Source of the DNA: a virus
DNA: 64,000 bases
Strand: one strand, 5' to 3'
IMG/VR virus record: IMGVR_UViG_3300037851_000359
Span: 72,759 to 136,758 of that record
Made by a program: the position numbers and the translations under genes
Notes under the pieces: model-generated
What the model was told of the DNA's origin: nothing
Seen by the model: only the letters and a program-made list of their open reading frames with translations
The model's database searches: none
In this document: piece by piece, positions 10,320 to 20,299 of the stretch
Layout: the number at the start of each line of letters is the position of its first letter
Numbering within the stretch: the first letter of the stretch is position 1

Positions 10320-11616
10320 GTGCTATTGAATTAACTTTCTTTAAAATATTGTCATTACAATCTAATTTTATAAATTTTCTGGTATAAAATAATTGGGGAT
10401 TATTAACAACATCTGGAGTATCAATATAATGAATATTAGCATCATTTATTTTGAAAAATTCCGTTAAAATCATTTCAATTGTATATGGGATTCCAGAAAC
10501 ATTTGTAATAGTTGAATAAAAATTAAAATCATGTATAAATTTTTTGCTAATAAATTCTGATATATCATCAACATCAGTCAACATTATTTTTAAATTCTTC
10601 GGAATTGAAATTTTATTATTCTTATAAGCATTATATAACTTATTAATAGCATTATGAGTATCATTCTTATCTTGTGAAAATAAATTTGCCAATCTAATTA
10701 TTTTTATATATTTTTCTGCATTAGCAATCACATTAATATCTGGAAACACTAATATTTGATCAAACCAAGTTTCTAATTCTTTTTTAGACTTTGTATAATT
10801 TCCAATTTTTCCTTGTTGATATACATAATCAGTAGAAAAATGTAATAAATATATAGAATTATGAATACATAATTCTATTAAATGCTTTGGCACCAAATAA
10901 TTCGAAAAATCAAACAAAGATTCATCATTATTTTGAACATTTGTTTTACCAATACAATTTATAATATAATTCGGAATTTTTGATTTAGTTGCTTTTATAT
11001 TATTAATAAAAGTTGTTATATCTTCAATTTTTTCAAACTTTTGTGTAACCGGAATTACATGATAATTATATTTATGCATATCTTTATACAATTTCGCAAC
11101 GACAGATTTTCCAAGACGGCCAGATGCCCCTAATACATATATATTCTTACTTGGAGTAATAGTGTGTTCATGTCGAATTTCATCAACCTCTTCAGCCTTA
11201 TTAACACCTTTATATAACGAAGACGGAAAGTTTGCCGTGACCGCAATATTTGAATATGATGTATTAATATATGAATGAATAATTTCAGGTTCAACCTTAA
11301 TTCGATAAACTTTATTGGGATCAGTCATAAAATATTCAAACTTTTCTCCATCTGAAAATATATAAACCATTGATGAACAAATAGTTAGAAACCAATCACA
11401 TTGTTCTTTGTGCTCATGAGGACCACGCATCACCAATGGATTTGTATAGGAAAAATAACACATCTTTGGATCAAATTTTCCATCTTGATAAACATCGTCA
11501 TCTATTCGCCATAATTCACTAACCCAACCACGGGTATCTGTGTAATTTTTTATAACATCAATCTTAACTTTATTATCAAAATAATTTATAATGTTTTCGG
11601 TTTCTATTGTTTTCAT
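10312..11616 (-). CDS. fused dTDP-4-dehydrorhamnose 3,5-epimerase / reductase (RmlC-RmlD)
   Basis: N-terminal cupin motifs DTRGWVSE, RGPHEH and IIHSY; C-terminal SDR motifs GASGRLG, INCIG, FSTDYVY and YTKSK. Confidence 0.88.
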   Translation of the reverse strand: MKTIETENIINYFDNKVKIDVIKNYTDTRGWVSELWRIDDDVYQDGKFDPKMCYFSYTNPLVMRGPHEHKEQCDWFLTICSSMVYIFSDGEKFEYFMTDPNKVYRIKVEPEIIHSYINTSYSNIAVTANFPSSLYKGVNKAEEVDEIRHEHTITPSKNIYVLGASGRLGKSVVAKLYKDMHKYNYHVIPVTQKFEKIEDITTFINNIKATKSKIPNYIINCIGKTNVQNNDESLFDFSNYLVPKHLIELCIHNSIYLLHFSTDYVYQQGKIGNYTKSKKELETWFDQILVFPDINVIANAEKYIKIIRLANLFSQDKNDTHNAINKLYNAYKNNKISIPKNLKIMLTDVDDISEFISKKFIHDFNFYSTITNVSGIPYTIEMILTEFFKINDANIHYIDTPDVVNNPQLFYTRKFIKLDCNDNILKKVNSIAHE

Positions 11617-11894
11617 AATTCATTGCTCTGTTTATGGGAAAAAATGTATGGTTTATATCCTTCAGGAGTATAAACCGCAAAAAATACCATATTTAATCCA
11701 TGATGATATAAAGAAACTCTTAAAGTATCATTATAATTCCTAGAATGATATATATAATTTGAATTAAATTTTTTCATATCATTCTCAATTTTTTTATGAT
11801 CATAAGAACCATTATAGGATACAATAGATGGTATAATATGATTATTAAAAAAATCAATAAATGATTGTCGTAAATCATCAATTGTTTTCGACAT
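11613..11894 (-). CDS. hypothetical protein
   Basis: Small ORF overlapping both rml genes. Confidence 0.55.
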   Translation of the reverse strand: MSKTIDDLRQSFIDFFNNHIIPSIVSYNGSYDHKKIENDMKKFNSNYIYHSRNYNDTLRVSLYHHGLNMVFFAVYTPEGYKPYIFSHKQSNEL

Positions 11895-12876
11895 GCCACA
11901 ATTCCTTATAATATTTAATTGTTTCTTCTAAGGATTGCTCAAATGGAGTATCATATAATGAAGATATATTAGAATCCGTAGTTAACGCATACATTAAATC
12001 ATGCCCTTTCCGATCAGTAATATATTCAACTTTTGAATCAATATTAAAACTATTTTTAACATAATTTTGTATTTTTTGAACAATTTGATTATTAGTGAAT
12101 AAGTTTTTTTCATCTGCAATATGAATTATATTAGGATTGAAAGTACTTTCCAATTCTATATATTTTTTAAGTATCTTAACGGTATCCTTAACATAAGTCC
12201 ATTGTCTAATATTATTTCCAGTACCGTAAATTAAAATTGGAGATTTAGTAAATATTCTATAAAGAGTTGCGGGAATCATTTTTTCATAATGTTGGTGCAA
12301 TCCGAATTGATTAGCAAGCCTAAATATTACTAATTTCATTCCAAATGTATGGGAAATAGAATTTAAAAAAGATACTTGAGCGGTTTTTGATGCTGCATAC
12401 GGGTTGCTTGGTCTATATGGATCAGTAATTTTGAACCATTTTTCTTTCGGAGTATCCAATTCTAGACTTCCATAATTTTCGTCAGTATCAATGTGATAAA
12501 AAATATCAATCTTGTCCATTCCTATCCAAGAAACTAAATCACTCGTCAGCAAAGCGTTTTCATTATATAGACCAAATGGATTTTTGATAGAATTATCAAC
12601 ATGAGATTCAGATGCAAAATTTACAACATCACATTTATATCCAATACGATAATCTGTCATTGCTTTACAGCTTTGAATACTTATATTAAGCATTTCAATA
12701 TTATTTTCATAACATAGTTTTGCATAATTGTGTTTATTTAATTGGGCGGCATATCCCATTTTATCAACAGAAATTACTCCTACATATTTTTTAATAAAAC
12801 CAGTCTCACATATATGCTTCAAAAAATTAAATCCTATGAATCCTGCACAACCAGTTAAAATTAAAAGTTTTTGCAT
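11878..12876 (-). CDS. rmlB: dTDP-glucose 4,6-dehydratase
   Basis: TGCAGFIG, DKMGYA, NFASESHVDNSI, TDENYG, PSNPYAASK, YGTGNNIRQW, DRKGHDLMYA. Confidence 0.93.
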   Translation of the reverse strand: MQKLLILTGCAGFIGFNFLKHICETGFIKKYVGVISVDKMGYAAQLNKHNYAKLCYENNIEMLNISIQSCKAMTDYRIGYKCDVVNFASESHVDNSIKNPFGLYNENALLTSDLVSWIGMDKIDIFYHIDTDENYGSLELDTPKEKWFKITDPYRPSNPYAASKTAQVSFLNSISHTFGMKLVIFRLANQFGLHQHYEKMIPATLYRIFTKSPILIYGTGNNIRQWTYVKDTVKILKKYIELESTFNPNIIHIADEKNLFTNNQIVQKIQNYVKNSFNIDSKVEYITDRKGHDLMYALTTDSNISSLYDTPFEQSLEETIKYYKELWHVENN

Positions 12877-12898
12877 AGTCTGAATCCTTTATAAAAGT

Positions 12899-12932
12899 TA
12901 AACCCCACGGTATTATTTTACCGTGGGGTTTA
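12899..12932 (-). terminator. intrinsic terminator-like hairpin downstream of gp32
   Basis: Perfect 14-bp stem TAAACCCCACGGTA/TACCGTGGGGTTTA with a 6-nt loop. Confidence 0.75.
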
Positions 12933-12956
12933 TTAAAATCAATAGGAAATTATTTT

Positions 12957-13958
12957 TCAACCTTCAGGGATATTAAAATCTGCATCATCAAAATTTATAG
13001 AATCAGGATCTACTTTAGTTTCCGCATGGGCCGTTGCTAATGGAGCAGGAGTTGATTTTTTAGGTTCGCCAAAATCAGGTTTAGGTGTAGTTTTAACAGG
13101 GGTCGGTTTTGATGCTGGTTGATTAGATAAATCATGTACCTCTTTATCACTACCAGTACTGCCATCCTTCATACCACCATTTAAATACTCTTCCAATTGT
13201 TCGACGGTTGGAATACCGCCTAATTTTTGTATGATATAATCTTTAAACGTTGTGTATGTGTATTTTTCAACTTCGGCCCACACTCTGGACAATTCATCTT
13301 CATCTTTTGCTATTGGACTATCACGACGATCAAAGTTAGAAGCACTATAATCGGGTTGGACCTTGCCTTGAAGGTCTTTCTTCGGATTGGCGGTTAAAAT
13401 AAAATCAGTACCATTCTCAGGATGAGTAAAATCTAGATTATGAGTCGCTATAGCTTGTTCAATAATTTTCTTTATTTGCTCGCCGCTTTCAAAGGGTATA
13501 ACTTTTCCAATTAAATCTTTCTGATGTTCAGGAGCATCTTTAATGTAAATCAGGGTAAATATTCGCAATTTTGATCGAATGGTTGCGGACTGTTGTTTAT
13601 CTAAAGAATTTTCACTCTTATATAAGTCCCATCCTAACTTAGCAATAGGATTATTGGCTTTCTTATCGAAAGTAGTGGTATCAATGCACTTAATGCGACG
13701 ATTATCACCAGCACGATTAAACATATGAATTCGTACTTCGAACCAATGTTTACCAGTTGGGCTATCTAGGAGAGGAAGAAACCGAATCTTCCAAGTCGTT
13801 TGTTCTGCAACTTTTTTATCATTAATTTTGAGTACTGGATTGAATTTCCAAGACTCTTTCACTTCGTTTTCTTTAGGTTCTTTTACAGATTCTTTTGCTA
13901 TAGTTTCTTTGACTTTATCAAAAGAAGATTTGTAGGTTTTCCAGTTTGAGTTTGACAT
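12957..13958 (-). CDS. gp32: single-stranded DNA-binding protein (gp32-like)
   Basis: IRFLP, HPENGTDFIL, PDYSASNFD and an acidic C-terminal tail; adjacent to a gp59-like gene. Confidence 0.88.
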   Translation of the reverse strand: MSNSNWKTYKSSFDKVKETIAKESVKEPKENEVKESWKFNPVLKINDKKVAEQTTWKIRFLPLLDSPTGKHWFEVRIHMFNRAGDNRRIKCIDTTTFDKKANNPIAKLGWDLYKSENSLDKQQSATIRSKLRIFTLIYIKDAPEHQKDLIGKVIPFESGEQIKKIIEQAIATHNLDFTHPENGTDFILTANPKKDLQGKVQPDYSASNFDRRDSPIAKDEDELSRVWAEVEKYTYTTFKDYIIQKLGGIPTVEQLEEYLNGGMKDGSTGSDKEVHDLSNQPASKPTPVKTTPKPDFGEPKKSTPAPLATAHAETKVDPDSINFDDADFNIPEG

Positions 13959-14003
13959 AAGGTTCCTTTAAGTTTAAGGAGGGTTTATGAGGTTTAACTA
14001 AGT

Positions 14004-14606
14004 TTATTTTACCGTGAAAAAAGAGAAAAGCAAGCCTTTTAATTGTTCGACTCTTTTTTCTATCACAGTCACAAGTTTTGGGTTTTCTTTAATCCTCCTT
14101 TCTATTTTTTTATATTGCATTATATAAGGCTTAAACATAATGCGGTCTATGGTGTTTAATTTATTTATATCAATCATATTATAATAAACAGCAATAATCC
14201 AGTCAAACTTTTTTTCTCTTATATGTTTAGGTGCATATTTTTTAATATAATCTTCAAAAGTTTTAATATTATTTTTCAAACAATAATTTTCTATAAATAT
14301 AATATCTTTAATAACAGAATCATAATATTCTTGTTCAGTTAATGCCCTTTTATTTTTAAATTCTTTAAATAATTCGTAACATTCCTCATTCATCAAAGAA
14401 AATGGTGAAAATGAATCTGGATTTTTTTCATGATTTGAAATAATATATAATTTAATATCTTTATCAGTCATTTCACGTTTTTTAACAAAATAATCTAGTA
14501 ATAAATAATAAAAATTTTTTTCAGTTAATTCATCAAATTTTTGTTTTTCTAGCTTAGACCATTTTCTAACCGATCTACAAAAATTATATAATGAATGTGG
14601 AGTCAT
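14004..14606 (-). CDS. helicase loader (gp59-like), putative
   Basis: About 200 aa with gp59-like LYIISN and KDIIFIENY patterns; sits immediately upstream of gp32 as in T4. Confidence 0.55.
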   Translation of the reverse strand: MTPHSLYNFCRSVRKWSKLEKQKFDELTEKNFYYLLLDYFVKKREMTDKDIKLYIISNHEKNPDSFSPFSLMNEECYELFKEFKNKRALTEQEYYDSVIKDIIFIENYCLKNNIKTFEDYIKKYAPKHIREKKFDWIIAVYYNMIDINKLNTIDRIMFKPYIMQYKKIERRIKENPKLVTVIEKRVEQLKGLLFSFFTVK

Positions 14607-14917
14607 TGATTTTTCTTTAATCTCTTTTTCATATTAAATAAATTTTTATCTAAATCTTTTTCCATAAAAGTTAATAAAGATTTTTTATGATCAGAGTTTA
14701 ATTTTTTAAATAATTGATTAGCATCAATATTTAATGTTTCGCATAATGCATAAGCAATTTCAACGGGATTCATTTTTTTAACAGTCAACATTGTTACGAA
14801 CATTTTATTCAATGCTTCTTTTTCAATTTTATGAACCTGTTGTGGAGTCAATTTTAACAATTTTCCTATTTGATTATACGTCATATTTTTTGAAATTTTC
14901 ATTTTTTTGTCTTTCAT
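14603..14917 (-). CDS. stand-alone sigma70 region-4-like HTH protein
   Basis: MTYNQIGKLLKLTPQQVHKIEKEALNKM matches the region 4.2 pattern T-x2-(E/Q)IG-x6-ERV-x-QIE-x2-AL-x-K. Confidence 0.75.
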   Translation of the reverse strand: MKDKKMKISKNMTYNQIGKLLKLTPQQVHKIEKEALNKMFVTMLTVKKMNPVEIAYALCETLNIDANQLFKKLNSDHKKSLLTFMEKDLDKNLFNMKKRLKKNQ

Positions 14918-14920
14918 AAC

Positions 14921-16327
14921 TTATAACTCCAAGGTTTTTTGTTCTGCGAAGACAGATTCTTGTTCTGTTTCATTACTTATTTTTGTTACATTTTGTTTAT
15001 CATTTATATGAGTAACATATTGTGAATTTTCAGAAAGATCTACAATTCTCATGTAATCATATTCAAATCTCACAAAGAAACTAAAATTGCGTTTACTAAA
15101 TCGTGATTTGGCTATAGTCAAACATACTTCATTATTTTGGTCAGATTCTTTAGTTCTAGCAATTGTAACCACAGCATCAGCAGTTTGAATAATTCCCAAC
15201 GAATCAGAAATATCTTCCATTCCAATTTCTTTAGAATTGAAAGAAGTACGATTAGTTTGTGATGCTGTTATTACACATATATTATGAAGACATGCTAATG
15301 CTCTAAGTTCTTCGCTAACCGTGGTTAATTTACCATAGGTATTGTCACTAAATGATTTTCCATTTGGCCTAACAAGTTTAAGATAATCGACAATAACGAA
15401 ATCATATTTAATATTTCTTTGTAATTCAATTTTTTTCATTACTGCGATAATATCATTCGTGCAAACTTCATTTGGAGCATAATTTATATAAGAAAGAACC
15501 CCACGTTTTTTGCTTGAAGATTTTAATTGATCCCGCAATGCGATAGCTTTTTTAATTGCTAAATGAGGGTTTTTATTTATTTCATTTAATGTAATATCAG
15601 TAAATTTGGCATCAGTTCGTTGCGCTATATAATCTTCTGATAATTCACAAGAAATATATAACACATTATATCCATCTAAACACAAATTAACCGCAGAATC
15701 ATTTAAAAACAATGATTTGCCACTATTGGAAGGACCAGCATAAATAAATAATGCTTTCTTTCTATATCCACCACCCAAATTTTCATCTAATGTGTTAATG
15801 CCAGTTGAATATACTTCTGGTCTTATAGATGTTCTCAATAAACGACTTTCCAAATCTTCAAAGTATTCAATACCAAGATTTTCTTCAAAACTAATTCTAA
15901 ATGCTTTTTCCATAATAGAAGCAACTTCATCAGCTTTACCTTCTTCTATTTTAGGAAATGCTTCAACGACAGCATTCATTATTCTTTTGGTTTTAATATA
16001 TTTCTTAGTTTCTTCATGCAACCATTCTAAAGCAGAGTTAATATCAAAATTTAATATTGATATATTATTTAAAATATCAATACATTTTTGTTGTTCATCT
16101 GGATTTTTGCATAATTGAGGAATTGCTTTATCTTCTAAAATTTTTATTGGTGGCAGTTTGCTGTATTTTTTATAAAATATTAGAATAGCTTTGACAATCA
16201 CCCCCGAAGAATATGAAAATAATTCATGTGTTATTCTGGATGAATAAAACCTAAGATATTCTGAATCTGTTAACATACCCTTTAGGATATAATATTCTAT
16301 TTTATCTTGTACTTCGGGGGGTTGCAT
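14921..16327 (-). CDS. gp41: replicative DnaB-like helicase (gp41-like)
   Basis: STGINTLD, Walker A GPSNSGKS, YISCEL, IVDYLKL, TASQTNR, KSRF. Confidence 0.95.
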   Translation of the reverse strand: MQPPEVQDKIEYYILKGMLTDSEYLRFYSSRITHELFSYSSGVIVKAILIFYKKYSKLPPIKILEDKAIPQLCKNPDEQQKCIDILNNISILNFDINSALEWLHEETKKYIKTKRIMNAVVEAFPKIEEGKADEVASIMEKAFRISFEENLGIEYFEDLESRLLRTSIRPEVYSTGINTLDENLGGGYRKKALFIYAGPSNSGKSLFLNDSAVNLCLDGYNVLYISCELSEDYIAQRTDAKFTDITLNEINKNPHLAIKKAIALRDQLKSSSKKRGVLSYINYAPNEVCTNDIIAVMKKIELQRNIKYDFVIVDYLKLVRPNGKSFSDNTYGKLTTVSEELRALACLHNICVITASQTNRTSFNSKEIGMEDISDSLGIIQTADAVVTIARTKESDQNNEVCLTIAKSRFSKRNFSFFVRFEYDYMRIVDLSENSQYVTHINDKQNVTKISNETEQESVFAEQKTLEL

Positions 16328-16347
16328 TGGTTTCCTTATTAGTATAA

Positions 16348-16375
16348 ATTATAGCAATACCAACATTTATAGCAA
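16348..16375 (-). promoter_or_regulatory. sigma70-like promoter, TTGCTA-N16-TATAAT, upstream of the helicase
   Basis: Read directly; followed by an AAGGA RBS. Confidence 0.5.
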
Positions 16376-16378
16376 TAC

Positions 16379-17521
16379 TCAGGGTTCGGTGGCTGAGGAT
16401 TCAGTATTAGAATTTTCAATAAAATCTAATTCATCAGTATCAACATCATGCTCCGCATATTTATGGATTTCTTCAATTTTTTGATTTAATGGTTTTAATA
16501 TAGGTTGCCATACTTCTTTTGTATATAAATCTTTTTCACGGATTTTTTTATCCAAATGTTTAACATTATACCAAGCCCCAGATTTTTCAATGAAACCATG
16601 TTCTATAGCATCATCCAATAATCCATAAACCGGATTTACCCCACGCTTAAAGTCAATATACATATAAGAACGAGTTCCAACAGGAACGAGTCTGTTCTTG
16701 TCTGATTTGGCTATTACTAAACTACCTTTTGTATCAATAACTTTTCGGTTTTCGGAATCTTTATCGCCAGAATCTTCCTTCATTAATTTTGATTCAAGAA
16801 TAATAATACCACTTGACGCATACACGAACCCTTCACCGCCACCCATCTTAATAGTTGGAGCGCCCATCATATTTTGTTGTTCATAAGTATGATTTGTAAC
16901 TATTAATGGAACAGAATTTTCGGCGCATTCACAGGTTAATACTCTAGCTGTTCCTCGTAATTCTTTTGCCCGTTGTCCCATATCAGAGGCAGATTTATCA
17001 GCTTCCACATCGTTTAACTCTTTAGTGCCAACTAGATTACCAACAGAATCCATGAACATTATTAATGGTATATTTTTTGTATCATCATTCGTTCGCCATT
17101 CTCTCATAAAAGCAACAGATTCATTTCTAAATTGTGAAATTGTTTTTACTGGTATATGGATTAAACTATCAGCATCAACCCCTAAATTTGTAGCAAAATT
17201 CTTATCAATAGCATTTTCAGAATCAAAATAAACAACCTGATATCCCTTCTTTTGTGCTTCTCTAGCCGTTGATAAGCATAAATAAGTTTTGCCTGCTTTT
17301 GATGGCCCAGCTATAACCATTACGCGATTATTAGGAAAGCCTTTAAAGTATGACCCACTAATAACTTTATTCATTCCGTATGATCCTGAACTTATATATT
17401 CAGAAATATTTGACAATCTTGATTCTGTTAATATGGAAGCTAATTTATTTTTTCCTTTAAATTTTTCTAAAAATTTATTAGCCTTTTCTCTATTTTCTTT
17501 TATTGTTTTTTCATCTGTCAT
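16379..17521 (-). CDS. uvsX: RecA-like recombinase UvsX
   Basis: GPSKAGKT, YFDSENA, MDSVGNL, VTNHTY, MGGGEG, KNR. Confidence 0.93.
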   Translation of the reverse strand: MTDEKTIKENREKANKFLEKFKGKNKLASILTESRLSNISEYISSGSYGMNKVISGSYFKGFPNNRVMVIAGPSKAGKTYLCLSTAREAQKKGYQVVYFDSENAIDKNFATNLGVDADSLIHIPVKTISQFRNESVAFMREWRTNDDTKNIPLIMFMDSVGNLVGTKELNDVEADKSASDMGQRAKELRGTARVLTCECAENSVPLIVTNHTYEQQNMMGAPTIKMGGGEGFVYASSGIIILESKLMKEDSGDKDSENRKVIDTKGSLVIAKSDKNRLVPVGTRSYMYIDFKRGVNPVYGLLDDAIEHGFIEKSGAWYNVKHLDKKIREKDLYTKEVWQPILKPLNQKIEEIHKYAEHDVDTDELDFIENSNTESSATEP

Positions 17522-17556
17522 AGAATGCTCCTTATGAAGTGTTTTTGGTTCTGTAT

Positions 17557-17584
17557 ATTTTATCTTTTTAATTATTTAAATCAA
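17557..17584 (-). promoter_or_regulatory. sigma70-like promoter, TTGATT-N16-TAAAAT, upstream of uvsX
   Basis: Read directly; an AAGGAG RBS lies downstream. Confidence 0.5.
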
Positions 17585-17594
17585 GTATTTTTTA

Positions 17595-17777
17595 TTAATT
17601 TTTATTTTCATCAATTTCAGTTAAATAATTAGTTACCATTTCGGAAAAAAATACCATAAGTTGTTGTTTATTTATTATGGTATCGTCAAACGATAATACA
17701 ATATTTCCGTCTGGTTTTATTTTTAATTCAGCAACTATAGTATCTTTTATAATATCTTTAGCATTGGTTTTTTTCAT
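17595..17777 (-). CDS. small hypothetical protein
   Basis: 60-aa ORF with an AAAGGA RBS. Confidence 0.55.
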   Translation of the reverse strand: MKKTNAKDIIKDTIVAELKIKPDGNIVLSFDDTIINKQQLMVFFSEMVTNYLTEIDENKN

Positions 17778-17791
17778 ATTTTTTTCCTTTG

Positions 17792-18760
17792 TTAATCTAA
17801 AAACATGTCCTCTATGTCAATTATATCGAATCGTGGAAGTGACCATTTTAAAACATCATAAATTTTTGTAAGACAAGCAACGAATACTTTCTGCAACATT
17901 GTATCATAGTCTACTATTATATTCAATTCTTTTGGAAAGTCATCTTTAAATGCTATTGAATCAATTTCCAAATCTAAACATTTGCATGATTTTATATATA
18001 CAACTTTGACTTTATCACCTTCATTAATATAATCATATTTATTTTCAAGATTCATCTTTTTTATTAACATATTATAAAAAATACATCCTTTTATATGCTG
18101 AGGACAACCTTTAATGGGGAATCCTGTAGATGGATCTGTATATTTTGAAATATTATTAGCGGAAGATACTTTAGCTATTTCACTTGGGGTCAATTTCTTT
18201 AATTCATCATAAGTATTTCTTAAATAATTTTTAATTTGGGTTTCATTATTAATTTGAAGAACATTTTTATAAAAATCTTTTAATTTATCTCTAATAATAT
18301 CAGGAATATTTGATCTTACTGATTCAAGACCTTTAACTTCAATTTCGTGTTCGTCGCCTGCTGGAACGGGTCCATCTTCACCAATTATAACCCAAGCAGA
18401 ATATCTTTTTTTAGCGATATAAAATGCCCGGCGAGCAATCATTTCCCGTTTAAATATTAATTTATTATCTGGGCAATTCATCATTTTTATAGTTAATTTT
18501 TTCATAGCAGAATCAATAATTGCCGTTAATAATTTATTAATATTATTATTAATAAATTCAGATGCTTTTTGATTATCATTATAATATTGATAATTGAATG
18601 ATTTTAAAATTTTACCAACATTAACATAACACGAATTATGAACCAAAATGTCATTGGCAAAAAAGGTATGCGGGGTATCTTTCATTCCAATATCATATAC
18701 ATCTTGATATTCATCTGATATTTCTTCTATAGATACAATTTCATCAATTTCTGGAATCAT
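17792..18760 (-). CDS. gp43: B-family DNA polymerase C-terminal half, preceded by the split-intein C-fragment
   Basis: First 42 aa end in VYDIGM...FFANDILVHN|S (intein blocks F and G); then KRE, AKKRYS, KGLESVRS and GDKVKVVY. Confidence 0.93.
   Translation of the reverse strand: MIPEIDEIVSIEEISDEYQDVYDIGMKDTPHTFFANDILVHNSCYVNVGKILKSFNYQYYNDNQKASEFINNNINKLLTAIIDSAMKKLTIKMMNCPDNKLIFKREMIARRAFYIAKKRYSAWVIIGEDGPVPAGDEHEIEVKGLESVRSNIPDIIRDKLKDFYKNVLQINNETQIKNYLRNTYDELKKLTPSEIAKVSSANNISKYTDPSTGFPIKGCPQHIKGCIFYNMLIKKMNLENKYDYINEGDKVKVVYIKSCKCLDLEIDSIAFKDDFPKELNIIVDYDTMLQKVFVACLTKIYDVLKWSLPRFDIIDIEDMFLD
18635..18760 (-). mobile_element. split intein C-fragment (IntC, 42 aa)
   Basis: Block F VYDI, terminal His-Asn, +1 Ser. 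Confidence 0.9.
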
Positions 18761-18761
18761 A

Positions 18762-19877
18762 TTACCCTTTCAAGAAGGAAATAGTTTTAGTTAAAATGAG
18801 ATCTGGATTTTCAGTCCAGTCATTTTCCCATATCACCAATATATCAGAAACTTCATTAGTTTCAAGGATTTTTTTTATACGAATATCATCGTACAACCAT
18901 ATGTCTTTTGCAATTTTACAACACTTATTTGGATAGTGAATTAATTCATCGGAATCATACATAGATGGATTAGCATGCCAATAATTTCCAAAAAATTCAA
19001 TTGCTCGTTTATTGTTTTCGCAATAAAAATCAAGATAATAACAAGAATTATCTTTTGCAATTATTAATTTTTCGCCATTATGAGAATTATAAAAACAATT
19101 ATAAAACAAATTATTATCATTTAAACGCGAAAAAATTGAATCAAATAAAATTTTTGACGAATTTGATACTGAATAGGTTTTAAAATTATTATTTTCTCTC
19201 TTATTCAAAAATTCTAAATATTTAATCTTCCCTATTTCAGGTCCGAATTTATATACATAGGTTTCATATGAATGGGATTTTAAAAAATTGACTAATTTAT
19301 ATTTTTTCTCCCCCTTTTCTTTGCCATATTTTTCAATAAAATACTCCAATTTATTTGTATATGCTTGTTGACTGCAATAACGATTCCATTTTTCTAATCC
19401 AATTTCCTTTCCCCATTTTTTTATTAAATTTTCTTTTGTAACGGATCTAGATTTATTAAATTCATCAAATTTTTTTTCATCCCATCCATATTTTTGTTTT
19501 TTATATTCATAGGTATTTTTTATTCTTTGTTTTTCACAATATGTTTCCCATTTTTTAGTTCCTTCTTGTTTTCCATGTTTTTTAATAAAATTATCCAAAG
19601 TAACAGAATGATCATTTGCCCATTTAATTTTATTGATACTAGCATTTTCATGATTATCATTTTTAAAAATTCGAAAATATTCATAACTGCCCGGAATTCT
19701 TGACTTTGTAATAACTTCTGCTGTAGATTGTTCAAACCCTCTCAATAACCAATACTTTATATTCCGACAACTAATCCTTGATTTATTTTCACCATTATTT
19801 AATTTTATATTTTTTAATTTCCCCTCATTATGCAGATTTTTGACAATAATTATTATTTTTTCATATTCAGTGTCCAT
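18762..19877 (-). CDS. free-standing putative homing endonuclease (Vsr/DUF559-like PD-(D/E)XK C-terminal domain, KYG-x3-G repeats)
   Basis: YYLDFYC...AIEFFGNYWHANP...D..R...VIWENDW; four (K)(Y/H/W/F)G-x3-G repeats; TATAAATA upstream at 19912-19919. Confidence 0.8.
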   Translation of the reverse strand: MDTEYEKIIIIVKNLHNEGKLKNIKLNNGENKSRISCRNIKYWLLRGFEQSTAEVITKSRIPGSYEYFRIFKNDNHENASINKIKWANDHSVTLDNFIKKHGKQEGTKKWETYCEKQRIKNTYEYKKQKYGWDEKKFDEFNKSRSVTKENLIKKWGKEIGLEKWNRYCSQQAYTNKLEYFIEKYGKEKGEKKYKLVNFLKSHSYETYVYKFGPEIGKIKYLEFLNKRENNNFKTYSVSNSSKILFDSIFSRLNDNNLFYNCFYNSHNGEKLIIAKDNSCYYLDFYCENNKRAIEFFGNYWHANPSMYDSDELIHYPNKCCKIAKDIWLYDDIRIKKILETNEVSDILVIWENDWTENPDLILTKTISFLKG

Positions 19878-19930
19878 ATTTTACTCCGACAGAACTACCT
19901 GTGTCCGTATATATTTATAAAAATAAACTA

Positions 19931-20299
19931 TCATTTTATACAAATTATTTTATCTCCCGGTGTTATTTCTTTTGGGGTTTTTTGTTTTAATATATCATTG
20001 ACTAATATCATACAAGAATGATCTTCTGTTACATCTATATATTTTCCAGATTTTGTTTTAATTCTATACATTTTCTTTTTTACAAAATGTCTTTCTATGA
20101 ATTCAACCTTACCATATTTTATAATTTTTGATTCTTCATCATAATATGGCAACGTCAATTTATCTGGAATTATATATTCTCTTCCGTTTGAATCAATATG
20201 ATAAGTGTCAAAATTTTCATTTCCTAATACATTAAACAATTCTTTAATCTGCAATTTTTTTCCATCTTCAAGAGTTACTATAGAACCCCCCGCAATAGA
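19931..20299 (-). mobile_element. split intein N-fragment (IntN, 122 aa, Ser1)
   Basis: Starts SIAGGSIV directly after DTD; block B KSGKYIDVTEDHS; ends ITPGDKIICIK-stop. Confidence 0.9.
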
